A DNA stretch of 64,000 bases, from assembly GCA_016180285.1 (NCBI GenBank), contig JACPBO010000005.1:48189-112188 (forward strand), given 5' to 3'. Under the pieces are notes generated by a model. That model was not told the origin of the DNA. It ran no database searches and saw only the letters and a program-made list of their open reading frames with translations. This document shows, in pieces, positions 55,572 through 64,000 of this stretch (the first letter of the stretch is position 1; every line of letters begins with the position of its first letter). The position numbers and the translations under genes are program-made. The DNA comes from Candidatus Woesearchaeota archaeon. GTDB lineage: Archaea > Nanobdellota > Nanobdellia > Woesearchaeales > JACPBO01.

Positions 55572-56875
55572 TTTTCCACTGCGCTTCCTAATTGGATTAT
55601 TTTGCTCTCTTCGAGATGATCGCCAATAAGCATCATGCCAACCGGCATATTGCCTTTAAACCCGACAGGAATGCTCATATGCGGCAGACCGGCCAGATTA
55701 GGGCCGACTGTCATGATGTCCATCATGTAATTCTGCAAAGGAGTCAGCTTTTCTATCTCTTTTATTTTCGGCGCAGTTATTGGCATTGTTGGCGAGATCA
55801 ATGCATCATATTTTTTAAATAATTTTTTGTATTCCTCAATGATTTTTGTCCTGACTTTCATTGCTTTGATATAATAAGCATCCCTGTAGCCTGCCATTCT
55901 TGCGAATGTTCCTAAAATAATTCTTCTTTTTGCTTCCGGCCCGAAATTAAGCGACCTTACTTTAGAAAAATATTCATTGAAATTGCCTTCAAGCTTTTCA
56001 TGCTTCCCATATCTCATTCCGCAGTACTTTGCAAGGTTTGTTGATGATTCAGACATTGCGATAAGATAGTAGCCTTTGTCTGTTCCTTCGCCAAATGAGT
56101 CTTTTATAATGCCGATCTTCATTCCACCGCAATCCTTTCCAGCAGCATCTGTGTACTTATCCACATCCTTGCTTATTGTTGTTGATTCTTTTGGATCAAA
56201 TCCTGAAATTATTTCAAGCATCAGCGCAGCATCATAAACATTTTTAGCCATTGGACCTATTTTATCAAGGCTATTAGCGTAATCTATCAAACCATAGCGC
56301 GATACTCTGCCGTAAGTCGGGCACAACCCCACAATGCCGCAGAAAGATGCGGGATTGACAATAGAGCCGCCTGTGCTTTCACCCAGGCTTATATGCGGGA
56401 AAGATGCTTTTTGCGTGATTCCAGCGCTGCCGCCAGAGCTTCCTCCGCAGCTTCTTTCCCTGTCAAAAGGGTTCAGTGGAATTTTAAAGTCAATGCCTGT
56501 ATTGATGGAAAATCCGCCAAATCCAAATTCATCCTGCGATGTTTTTCCGACAATGATTGCCCCTTCCCTTATTATTTTTTCAACAACAGCTGCATTGAAA
56601 ACAGGATTGTAGCCTTTCAGTATTTTTGATCCTGCTGTTGATTCAACGCCATCAACGCAGATGCAGTCTTTTATCGAGACAGTCAGCCCAGCTAATCTTC
56701 CATGCGGCCTTTTTTCAATTACCTTTGCCTGGTCTAGCGCAAAATTCTCAGAAATTACATTGAAATAATTGTATTCGCTGTTTATCTTTTTTATCTCATA
56801 AATGGCTTTTTCTGTATTTTTAATTACATCAATCTCCCTGTTCTGTATTTTTTTGATGAAATCTATTATGTTCAT
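55568..56875 (-). CDS. gatA: Asp-tRNA(Asn)/Glu-tRNA(Gln) amidotransferase subunit A (amidase signature)
   Basis: GGSSGGSAG amidase signature, the Ser-cisSer-Lys triad context and a typical GatA N-terminus. Confidence 0.9.
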   Translation of the reverse strand: MNIIDFIKKIQNREIDVIKNTEKAIYEIKKINSEYNYFNVISENFALDQAKVIEKRPHGRLAGLTVSIKDCICVDGVESTAGSKILKGYNPVFNAAVVEKIIREGAIIVGKTSQDEFGFGGFSINTGIDFKIPLNPFDRERSCGGSSGGSAGITQKASFPHISLGESTGGSIVNPASFCGIVGLCPTYGRVSRYGLIDYANSLDKIGPMAKNVYDAALMLEIISGFDPKESTTISKDVDKYTDAAGKDCGGMKIGIIKDSFGEGTDKGYYLIAMSESSTNLAKYCGMRYGKHEKLEGNFNEYFSKVRSLNFGPEAKRRIILGTFARMAGYRDAYYIKAMKVRTKIIEEYKKLFKKYDALISPTMPITAPKIKEIEKLTPLQNYMMDIMTVGPNLAGLPHMSIPVGFKGNMPVGMMLIGDHLEESKIIQLGSAVEK

Positions 56876-57447
56876 TCTATTCTTATTGAGTTTATTTTAA
56901 CAGTTTCAAGGGGAACATCATCAAATCCATTTTTAGATCCGGTTTCAGCCAGGCCGATGGCATCCACAACATCCATTCCTTCGATGACCTTGCCAAAAAC
57001 AGCATAGCCGTATCCTCCGGGAGTTTCATCTCTGTGGTCCAGGAAAGGGTTGTCAATCAGATTTATGAAGAACTGCGATGTTGCACTGTCAATCATGCTT
57101 GTCCTTGCCATTGCTATTGTGCCCCTTAAATTTTTCAGGCTGTTTTTTGCCTCGTTCTTGACAAGAGGGGCATATGCATTCTTCTGGGCCAGATTCTCAT
57201 CCATGCCGCCGCCCTGTATCATAAATCCTGCTATTACCCTGTGGAAAACAAGGCCGTCATAAAATTTATTATTCGCATAGTTCACGAAATTATTCACTGT
57301 CAGAGGAGCATGCTCCCTGTCAAGCTCGACTTTTATTATGCCTTTTGACGTGTCTATGACTGCTATTTCTTTTTTTGTTTCGTCTGCCATTTTTGCGCAC
57401 CCCGCTATCAAAACAATCATTAAAACCAAGAATAATGCTGTTCTCAT
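56872..57447 (-). CDS. Cyclophilin-type peptidyl-prolyl cis-trans isomerase with signal peptide/lipobox
   Basis: FHRVIAGFMIQGGG...GTIAMAR...HVVFGKV, and an N-terminal LIAGC. Confidence 0.85.
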   Translation of the reverse strand: MRTALFLVLMIVLIAGCAKMADETKKEIAVIDTSKGIIKVELDREHAPLTVNNFVNYANNKFYDGLVFHRVIAGFMIQGGGMDENLAQKNAYAPLVKNEAKNSLKNLRGTIAMARTSMIDSATSQFFINLIDNPFLDHRDETPGGYGYAVFGKVIEGMDVVDAIGLAETGSKNGFDDVPLETVKINSIRIE

Positions 57448-57732
57448 TTAAACCGCCCTCGGCCCTTTGAAGTAGCCGTCCTTCTTATGCTCAGTCAATG
57501 ACAAAGCTTCTTCCTGCGTCAGGCATTTCTCAACTTTGTCTTCTCTCACAGCATTCTTCAGATCGATCGGCTGGAAACTCGGCTTTGCGCCTTTTACATC
57601 GATCTCGTCAAGCTTTGAAAATGCATCCAGAATTTCCTTCAGCTGCGGAAGGAATTTCTCAATCTCCTCTTTAGTTAATCTTAACCTTGCAAGCTCTGCA
57701 ACATGCTCTATAAGATCTTTGTCAACTTTCAT
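57448..57732 (-). CDS. gatC: Asp-tRNA(Asn)/Glu-tRNA(Gln) amidotransferase subunit C
   Basis: A 94-aa protein with IEHVAELARLRLTKEEIEKF, typical of GatC. Confidence 0.8.
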   Translation of the reverse strand: MKVDKDLIEHVAELARLRLTKEEIEKFLPQLKEILDAFSKLDEIDVKGAKPSFQPIDLKNAVREDKVEKCLTQEEALSLTEHKKDGYFKGPRAV

Positions 57733-57761
57733 GATCTACCACCTTACACATATCAACAAAG

Positions 57762-58427
57762 TTATGCATTTATAAGATTTTCTAATTTTTTCAGAGTATT
57801 TATTATATATTTTCCCTTGCGCCTGATCTTTCTGCCAATCAGCACTGCTTTGATCCCGGCTTTTCTTGGCACAATATAGTCATCTTCATAAGTGTCTCCA
57901 ACATGAACAATTTCATGCTTTTTTATTTTTAATTTTTTTATGATTTTTAAAAATACATCCGGGTTCTTTTTTGTCATCCTGAAGTCTGATGTTACAGAAA
58001 AGACCTTTGAAAAATAGCCCTTTAAGCCCTCTGTTTCCAGCTTTATTTCGTTCATTTCATGCGTTGATGTTGTTACTACAATTAATTTGTATTTTTTGCT
58101 TAATTTTTTCAGAACTTTTTTAACTTCCGGGAAAAGCTTTATCCTGCGCTTCATGTCTTTCATTATAATCTTGTGATCCTCCTTGAGCTTGAAATGTTTA
58201 AACCAGTATGATGGGAAATACCAGTCAAGGCGCTTATTCCCGACTTTGTTGTATTCTCCATAAACAAATTTCTTTGCTCTTTTTATGCTGATCTTTTTTT
58301 TCTTCGCATACAGCCTCGGGATTTCCTCAAACCAGAAGACGCTGTCAAACCCTTTTTTATCCAATAATGTTCCGTCGAGATCGAAGGAGATTATTTTGAT
58401 CGTTTTTTGCTTAACCTCCAAAACCAT
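57762..58427 (-). CDS. HAD-superfamily hydrolase
   Basis: ISFDLDGTLLD (motif I), VVTTSTH and VGDTYEDD. Confidence 0.6.
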   Translation of the reverse strand: MVLEVKQKTIKIISFDLDGTLLDKKGFDSVFWFEEIPRLYAKKKKISIKRAKKFVYGEYNKVGNKRLDWYFPSYWFKHFKLKEDHKIIMKDMKRRIKLFPEVKKVLKKLSKKYKLIVVTTSTHEMNEIKLETEGLKGYFSKVFSVTSDFRMTKKNPDVFLKIIKKLKIKKHEIVHVGDTYEDDYIVPRKAGIKAVLIGRKIRRKGKYIINTLKKLENLINA

Positions 58428-59134
58428 TCAAAAAATTCCCTGAATCTGTTTGCAATTTCTTCGCTTTCAATTAAAATCCCAAATGGAAATTCCTTGGCCC
58501 ACAATGCAATGCCGACCTTATTTCCGTAAACATAGATATGCGATGGAGATTTTAAGCCTTCTGGCAAATATCCGATCTCTGTAAATTTCAGTTTTTCCAA
58601 ATCTTTGCCCCTTTTTCTTCCTTCAGGAGTGCTGTTAATCAGGATTCTCGCTTTTATTCTCTCTTTAATCCTTGATTTATTCCATTTGTCCATGAAAAAT
58701 TCAGGCAGAATTTCAACTGTCAAGCCGGAAGTAAAATCCAGCCATTCCTTTGGCTTTGATCTTATTATATCGTTCATTATAGTTTTTAATCCTTCTCTGC
58801 CTTCATATAGCTCTGCAGAATACTTTTTCTCTTTGGGCGGGGTTAATTTAAATAATTCCGGGATCAGCCTTTCAATATTAATCTCTTTCTCCTTGAGAAA
58901 ATCCAGCAGTTTAGATGGATTGGCGGCTTTGAAGTATTTGATATTATTCTTAATAACATAACTGATTAACCCTCTTTTCATTAAATTACCCAATATCTGA
59001 TATGTTAATGTTCTGTTTACATTAGTTCTGTCTGATAATTCACTGGCCAATGCTTCGCCTAATTTCAACAGCTCCAAATAAACCCTTATTTCGTTGTCTG
59101 TTAATCCGATATCCTTTAAAAAATCGGTTTCCAT
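58391..59134 (-). CDS. TrmB-family transcriptional regulator
   Basis: N-terminal HTH GLTDNEIRVYLELLKLGEALASELSDRTNVNRTLTYQILGNLMKRGLI and a TrmB-like C-terminal domain. Confidence 0.65.
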   Translation of the reverse strand: METDFLKDIGLTDNEIRVYLELLKLGEALASELSDRTNVNRTLTYQILGNLMKRGLISYVIKNNIKYFKAANPSKLLDFLKEKEINIERLIPELFKLTPPKEKKYSAELYEGREGLKTIMNDIIRSKPKEWLDFTSGLTVEILPEFFMDKWNKSRIKERIKARILINSTPEGRKRGKDLEKLKFTEIGYLPEGLKSPSHIYVYGNKVGIALWAKEFPFGILIESEEIANRFREFFEWFWRLSKKRSK

Positions 59135-59261
59135 TTCTGAATAAGGATATTCGGAGCTTTATAAATCTTTCTATTGTTGTTATTTAAAAGACAACAAAGA
59201 TTTAAATATTTGATATATTATACTACCTTAAAGTCATAAATTATTATGAGGATGGAAAAAG

Positions 59262-59606
59262 ATGTTACCAGAAATATCACCAACTAAAAATGAAGTGAAA
59301 GAATCGGTAATTGCCACAGTATCTCTTTTGCTAGGGCTCGCGGTAGGAACATTTACAACTCTAGATGCCGTAAAGAATACTCGTATTCCTAATAAAGATA
59401 AGGTTGAAGAAGGATACGTCATACCAAGTAAACTTGAAATAATTACCGAGGATTTAGACAAAAATGGAAAAGATGAAGTTATAATGAAGTATGATGGAAG
59501 ATCATATCTACTAAATCTGGATAAACAAGGAAGGCCAAAAGTTGAAACTTACGAAATAGGCCTTAAAATGATAATGCCTAGTAAAGATGTTACATTACCT
59601 GAATAG
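59262..59606 (+). CDS. hypothetical membrane-anchored protein
   Basis: A 114-aa protein with one transmembrane segment. Confidence 0.3.
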   Translation: MLPEISPTKNEVKESVIATVSLLLGLAVGTFTTLDAVKNTRIPNKDKVEEGYVIPSKLEIITEDLDKNGKDEVIMKYDGRSYLLNLDKQGRPKVETYEIGLKMIMPSKDVTLPE

Positions 59607-60042
59607 AAGGCAAAAGAAAATGAAAATAATCACCCTAATTCCGAGTTATAGGATAAAACAAGAGATATGCGAGCGACTTTCCACACTTTATGATATGGTT
59701 CAATCCGATAGATTAGATGCAGTTATCAAGATTGATGATCTTATCCGCGCTGAAGCTAAGGGAGAAAGGCTACACGATTGGGGGTACAACTATGCAGTTT
59801 GCGCATATGGCCATGGCAAAGAAGGTGAACGCGCCAACATTGGCTGGAGGAAGTATAAGGAACTTAAATCTTTGCGGTTGTTTTTTATGAAAAAGTCAAC
59901 ATTACAGAGAGAGATGAGAGAATTTGAGAGGTTATACGGATCTATAAACTTCTGGCGTGAAAAAGCAGCAGAATCTCCAAAACTTGAAAAATATATTTGT
60001 GTTTTGGAAGAACTAGAAGAGGAAAAGAGTAAGACCCTATAA
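59587..60042 (+). CDS. hypothetical protein
   Basis: A 151-aa protein lying in a locally GC-richer stretch. Confidence 0.3.
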   Translation: MLHYLNRRQKKMKIITLIPSYRIKQEICERLSTLYDMVQSDRLDAVIKIDDLIRAEAKGERLHDWGYNYAVCAYGHGKEGERANIGWRKYKELKSLRLFFMKKSTLQREMREFERLYGSINFWREKAAESPKLEKYICVLEELEEEKSKTL

Positions 60043-60106
60043 AATCAATAAGATGGATTAGAAAGGGAAGCTTAAAATTGATAAAGAAGAATAGGAGGAA
60101 TAAAAA

Positions 60107-60526
60107 ATGACCGATACATCACAAACTGAAAATAAATACCAAGTATTTGTAGAGAGGGTAGGAAAGGTGTGCATTCCCAAGGATGATTCAGAAAAGTGGG
60201 GCTATGATGCATTTTTGGAGTTTAACTGGGATTATAAACTTGAAAAAGTGTATTTTATCTCTATTGCAGCATCAACAGTAGATGATCATCTTTTACTTCA
60301 GGAAGCACATTTAAAGAATCTCAGCAACCATCGTTATAGGGGCTGTCTCGCAGATAATATTCCATTCGACATAATTTCCATTCCTAAAAATGATCCGTTG
60401 AGGGCAATAATTCCAGCAGACAAAAAGATGCGCAACAAACTAGAAGAGCTGGTATGTTGGATTATGCAAGAATGGTATGACGCAACACCAGAAGATATAG
60501 CAATTGCAGAAATTATAGAAAAATAG
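60107..60526 (+). CDS. hypothetical protein
   Basis: A 139-aa protein with no motif. Confidence 0.3.
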   Translation: MTDTSQTENKYQVFVERVGKVCIPKDDSEKWGYDAFLEFNWDYKLEKVYFISIAASTVDDHLLLQEAHLKNLSNHRYRGCLADNIPFDIISIPKNDPLRAIIPADKKMRNKLEELVCWIMQEWYDATPEDIAIAEIIEK

Positions 60527-60568
60527 GTCCATACAGAACTACATTAAACGGCAATGTACTGAGTTTTT

Positions 60569-61426
60569 CTATAAGGAAATCAATATTAAACCTAACAAGA
60601 TCACCATAATGTAAATCCATTGCTTCTTTGTTAATCTTTCCTTTAAGAAAAGCCATGAACCCAAAACAGTTATCAGCATTGAGGCAGATGCCATTGGCGA
60701 GGCTATCAGAATAAGGCCATGATCAAGGCTGAAGTTGTAAAATACAGCGCCAACTGCTCCCAAAAACCCGCTTAAAACAAGCCATCCTGAGTTTTCTTTT
60801 TTTACAATAAGATTATAGTTTTTGTTTCGGATCAAAAAATAAATCAGGCAGAAAAGCAGTATAAAGCCCTCAAAATACAAAGATGCTGTTACTACGCCCA
60901 TATTATTTATCGGGATCCTCAGAAAAGGGAATATAAACCCCCATATGAGGGATATGGCTGCTGCAAGCAGCAGAGTTATTTTCCAGTTCTTTATTTTCAA
61001 TTTGCCATCCTTTAAGCTTAATAGAAAAACGCCAATAAAAACAATGATTATGCCTATAAGCAGGGGCAGTGTTATGCTCTCCTTGAAAATAAATACTGCC
61101 ATAATCGCGGCAATTGGCGCGTAAGCAGCAGTAAGCGCGGTTATCATCGAAATTTGCGTAAATCTGAATGAAATAAAAAACAGCAGAATTGCCACAAATC
61201 CCAAAAACCCGAGAAAAATAACAAGCAAAAGGTCATTCAGGCTGATCCACTTTATGTTTTTTGTTATGGCTGAAAAAATAAACAAAAACAAAACCATGAA
61301 GAAGTAATTAAACAGCAGCATCGTGTAATGATCTAACTTAGATGAAACCTTTTTCCAGCATATCTTGTCAAAGCCCCAGCTGATCATGACAATAATGCCG
61401 AACAGCACGCCAAGCGGATAGTTCAT
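60569..61426 (-). CDS. EamA/DMT-superfamily transporter
   Basis: Ten transmembrane segments arranged as two EamA-like halves. Confidence 0.7.
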   Translation of the reverse strand: MNYPLGVLFGIIVMISWGFDKICWKKVSSKLDHYTMLLFNYFFMVLFLFIFSAITKNIKWISLNDLLLVIFLGFLGFVAILLFFISFRFTQISMITALTAAYAPIAAIMAVFIFKESITLPLLIGIIIVFIGVFLLSLKDGKLKIKNWKITLLLAAAISLIWGFIFPFLRIPINNMGVVTASLYFEGFILLFCLIYFLIRNKNYNLIVKKENSGWLVLSGFLGAVGAVFYNFSLDHGLILIASPMASASMLITVLGSWLFLKERLTKKQWIYIMVILLGLILISL

Positions 61427-61583
61427 AGCATTAATTTATCTTGAGTTCTTTATATAGTTTATCGTTTGCTGGTGTTTTTTCAAGTTATGATACGCCATGC
61501 CGATAGTTTTATAAATGTCATTGTAATTCTCTAAAAAGAAGAGGTGATAAGCCTCAGGATTCTGGGGACATAGGTGGAGTAAA

Positions 61584-61931
61584 ATGGAAGAATATTGGGA
61601 CTCGTCGTGGTTCAAAGATGTTATTGAAAGTAAGTATCACATGGAATTAAAGGGATCTCACGATCCTCTTAAAGAAACTAGAGAAGCTTTTAGTTTGTAT
61701 GTGTTCTCAAAGATAGCGTGGAGTGAAGACGGGCTTAAATTTCAAGGAGTTTTTAAAAAAAGAGCATTTAATGGCGCTATTTCTCAAGAAAAAGAAGATG
61801 AATGGAAAGGTTTGATTAGAGTAGACTTATATAGAACTTATCACTCAGGTAAGGGAAAGGTCAACATGAATTTAGTCCAGAGAATTAGAAAAGGGCTAAA
61901 CGGTTTTGTTGTTTATGATCGTACTTTTTAA
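61584..61931 (+). CDS. hypothetical protein
   Basis: A 115-aa protein with no motif. Confidence 0.3.
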   Translation: MEEYWDSSWFKDVIESKYHMELKGSHDPLKETREAFSLYVFSKIAWSEDGLKFQGVFKKRAFNGAISQEKEDEWKGLIRVDLYRTYHSGKGKVNMNLVQRIRKGLNGFVVYDRTF

Positions 61932-61934
61932 TTT

Positions 61935-64000
61935 CTATTTGCTGATCTCCACAACCTTCGCCCCAGTCACCCTCACAAGATCCTTTGCCCTCATCTTTAT
62001 TGATTTTGTGTGCATTCCCGCATTGAAGGCGATCTGATCGTTCTCTGTCAGCCTTTTGTCAACATAAACTTTGATGCCGAACAAGTTTCCGAAGGGAGGA
62101 ACTGCTCCGATTGAAACGCCGCTCAATGCTTTAACATCATCTGCATTTGCAAGTGAAACTGCTGATCCAACCACTCTTTTTGCCCTGTCAAGATCAAGCT
62201 CAGTAGCTGCAGAGATAATTAATTGCACAAAATTACTGCCTGCCTTGCAGACAAGCGCCTTTGCTCCCTGCTTCAATTCAGTTCCCCTGGCTTTTGCTGC
62301 TTCTTCTGATGTGTAAACAGGCTTGTGCTCCATTAACTCATAAGTTATATTTTCATTCTTCAGTGTTCCAATTATCCTGTCAAACAATGCATTCTTTTCA
62401 GGAACTTTCACAATATCCAGCTTCAGGCTCAGGTCCTTCAACTGCTCTTCAGAAACTTCAGAAGGAGATCCTTCCATCAAAGATTCAGCAGCTTTATTCT
62501 TTGGAAACGCGATAACTTCCCTTATCGATTCATTTCCAGTCATTAGCGCAGCCAACCTGTCAACGCCAAAAGCAATTCCTCCGTGCGGAGGAGCGCCATA
62601 TTTAAACGCGTCCAGTAAAAAGCCGAACTTGCTCTCTGCTTCTTTTCTTGTAATGCCAAGAACATCAAACATCTTCTGCTGCAGCTCGCTTCTGTGAATT
62701 CTTATTGACCCGCCGCCAATTTCAACTCCGTTAAGCGTCAAGTCATAAGCTTTGGCTTTAACTTTCGAAGGCTCTTTGTCAAGCAATGAAATGTCAGAAT
62801 CTTTTGGCGATGTAAATGGGTGATGAACTGCAACATGCCTCTGCAGGTCTTCATCAAACTCAAGCAATGGAAAATCTGTGACCCATGTAAAATCAAATGT
62901 ATTTGGCTTTATTAAATTTAATTTTTTTGCGAGTTCAGTTCTTAAGAATCCTAATGCGTTATTCACAACAAAATGCTTGTGGTCTGCAACAAACAATAAT
63001 AGATCTCCTTTTTCTGCATTCAATTTTTTAATTAAATCTTTTTGCGTTTTCTCATTGAAATATTTCACAATAGAGCTTTCCATCCCTTTGTCAGCCATCT
63101 TTATCCATGCAAGGCCTTTGGCATCGTAGATCTGGACAAAGCTTATGAAGCCGTCAATGTCGCTTCTTGAAAATTTATCTCCGACAGATTTTACATTGAT
63201 TGCTTTGACACAGCCGCCGGATTTTGTTACATTTTTGAAAACTTCAAAATCAGAATCCTTTGCAATATCACTTACATCAACAAGTTCCAGGCCAAATCTC
63301 AGATCAGGCTTGTCTGAGCCGTACTTGCCCATAGCTTCATCATATGTTATCCTTTTTATAGGAGTTTTGATGTCAATGTTTAAAACATCTTTCCAGACTC
63401 TTTTTATCAGTTCATCCATGATTGCATAAATATCCTCTTCATCAATAAAGCTCATTTCAACATCAATCTGCGTAAACTCCGGCTGCCTGTCTGCACGTAA
63501 ATCTTCATCCCTTAAGCATTTTGCAATCTGCAGATAGCGGTCAAATCCTGCGACCATTAATAACTGCTTGAACAGCTGCGGGCTTTGCGGCAGTGCGTAA
63601 AATTTCCCAGTATGAACTCTTGAGGGAACTAAATAATCCCTTGCGCCTTCCGGAGTTGATTTCGCCAAAAGCGGAGTTTCAATCTCCAGAAATCCTCGCT
63701 CATTAAAGTAATCCCTTACAATCTTGATCATCTTGTGCCTTAGAATTAAGTTCTGCTGCATTACCTGCCTTCTTAAGTCAAGATACCTGTACTTCAATCT
63801 TAAATCTTCATTAACAGGAAGCCTGTCCTCGATTTCAAAAGGAGGGGTTGCTGCTTTGTTCAGCACATTCAATTCATCAATCAAAACTTCTATATCGCCT
63901 GTTACCAGCTTTGCATTTTCCAGCCCTTTGCCCCTGTATCTGACAGTTCCTTTGACTTGGAGAACATCTTCCCTTGACAGATGCTCTGCTTCAGAATGGA
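61935..64000 (-). CDS. aspS: Aspartyl-tRNA synthetase, bacterial type with GAD insertion domain; N-terminal OB-fold region continues beyond right edge
   Basis: Class II motifs (FRNE-like region QIAKCLRDEDLRADRQPEFTQIDVE, GGGSIRIH, GIAFGVDRL) and a GAD domain. The frame stays open upstream of the ORF-track TTG to the window end (…GKGLENAKLVTGDIEVLIDELNVL). Confidence 0.9.
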   Translation of the reverse strand, partial: HSEAEHLSREDVLQVKGTVRYRGKGLENAKLVTGDIEVLIDELNVLNKAATPPFEIEDRLPVNEDLRLKYRYLDLRRQVMQQNLILRHKMIKIVRDYFNERGFLEIETPLLAKSTPEGARDYLVPSRVHTGKFYALPQSPQLFKQLLMVAGFDRYLQIAKCLRDEDLRADRQPEFTQIDVEMSFIDEEDIYAIMDELIKRVWKDVLNIDIKTPIKRITYDEAMGKYGSDKPDLRFGLELVDVSDIAKDSDFEVFKNVTKSGGCVKAINVKSVGDKFSRSDIDGFISFVQIYDAKGLAWIKMADKGMESSIVKYFNEKTQKDLIKKLNAEKGDLLLFVADHKHFVVNNALGFLRTELAKKLNLIKPNTFDFTWVTDFPLLEFDEDLQRHVAVHHPFTSPKDSDISLLDKEPSKVKAKAYDLTLNGVEIGGGSIRIHRSELQQKMFDVLGITRKEAESKFGFLLDAFKYGAPPHGGIAFGVDRLAALMTGNESIREVIAFPKNKAAESLMEGSPSEVSEEQLKDLSLKLDIVKVPEKNALFDRIIGTLKNENITYELMEHKPVYTSEEAAKARGTELKQGAKALVCKAGSNFVQLIISAATELDLDRAKRVVGSAVSLANADDVKALSGVSIGAVPPFGNLFGIKVYVDKRLTENDQIAFNAGMHTKSIKMRAKDLVRVTGAKVVEISK

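Noticed and set aside
1-64000. Search for CRISPR arrays, rRNA and tRNA genes
   Set aside because: No run of regularly spaced direct repeats, no rRNA-like conserved stretches and no convincing tRNA cloverleaf were seen in any intergenic region. Absence of tRNAs cannot be fully excluded without tRNAscan.

Overview
This is an AT-rich (roughly 35% GC), densely packed chromosomal window. The gene content looks archaeal and is most consistent with a small-genome DPANN-type archaeon that carries several bacterial-type genes. Archaeal markers are ribosomal proteins S3Ae and L41e, EndoQ, an Ogg2-type glycosylase, HerA and Mre11 homologs, a TrmB regulator, a TFIIB-type zinc ribbon and TRASH-like and CDGSH small proteins. 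Bacterial-type genes include a GAD-domain AspRS, which runs off the right edge, and GatCAB. Housekeeping genes are LeuA/CimA (runs off the left edge), SufS, malate dehydrogenase, TsaA/TrmO, a cyclophilin, a ZIP permease, a DMT transporter and NUDIX. The most striking content is a co-directional minus-strand gene train of about 17 kb (about 9.2 to 26.8 kb) devoted to metal and thiol-redox handling. It contains a CopA Cu-ATPase, DsbA, several thioredoxin-like proteins including a tandem double-Trx protein, CDGSH, FTR-like, C_GCAxxG_C_C, ArsR, a TRASH-like mini-protein, a cupredoxin-like lipoprotein, Met-rich secreted proteins and two SAM methyltransferases. Inside this train is a paralogous set of three signal-peptide-bearing proteins that all end in the identical C-terminal pentapeptide MVGGC-COOH. 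I consider that set the best candidate for an undescribed system. Other notable items are a 1065-aa BNR plus NHL-propeller secreted protein, two toxin-antitoxin-like pairs, an inverted pair of 61-nt intergenic repeats bracketing an EndoQ-Ogg2 repair segment, a perfect 17-bp inverted repeat bracketing one small gene, a GC-rich structured element next to rpl41e, and an asparaginase-like mini-protein inside the gatCAB cluster. I found no CRISPR array, no rRNA and no convincing tRNA.
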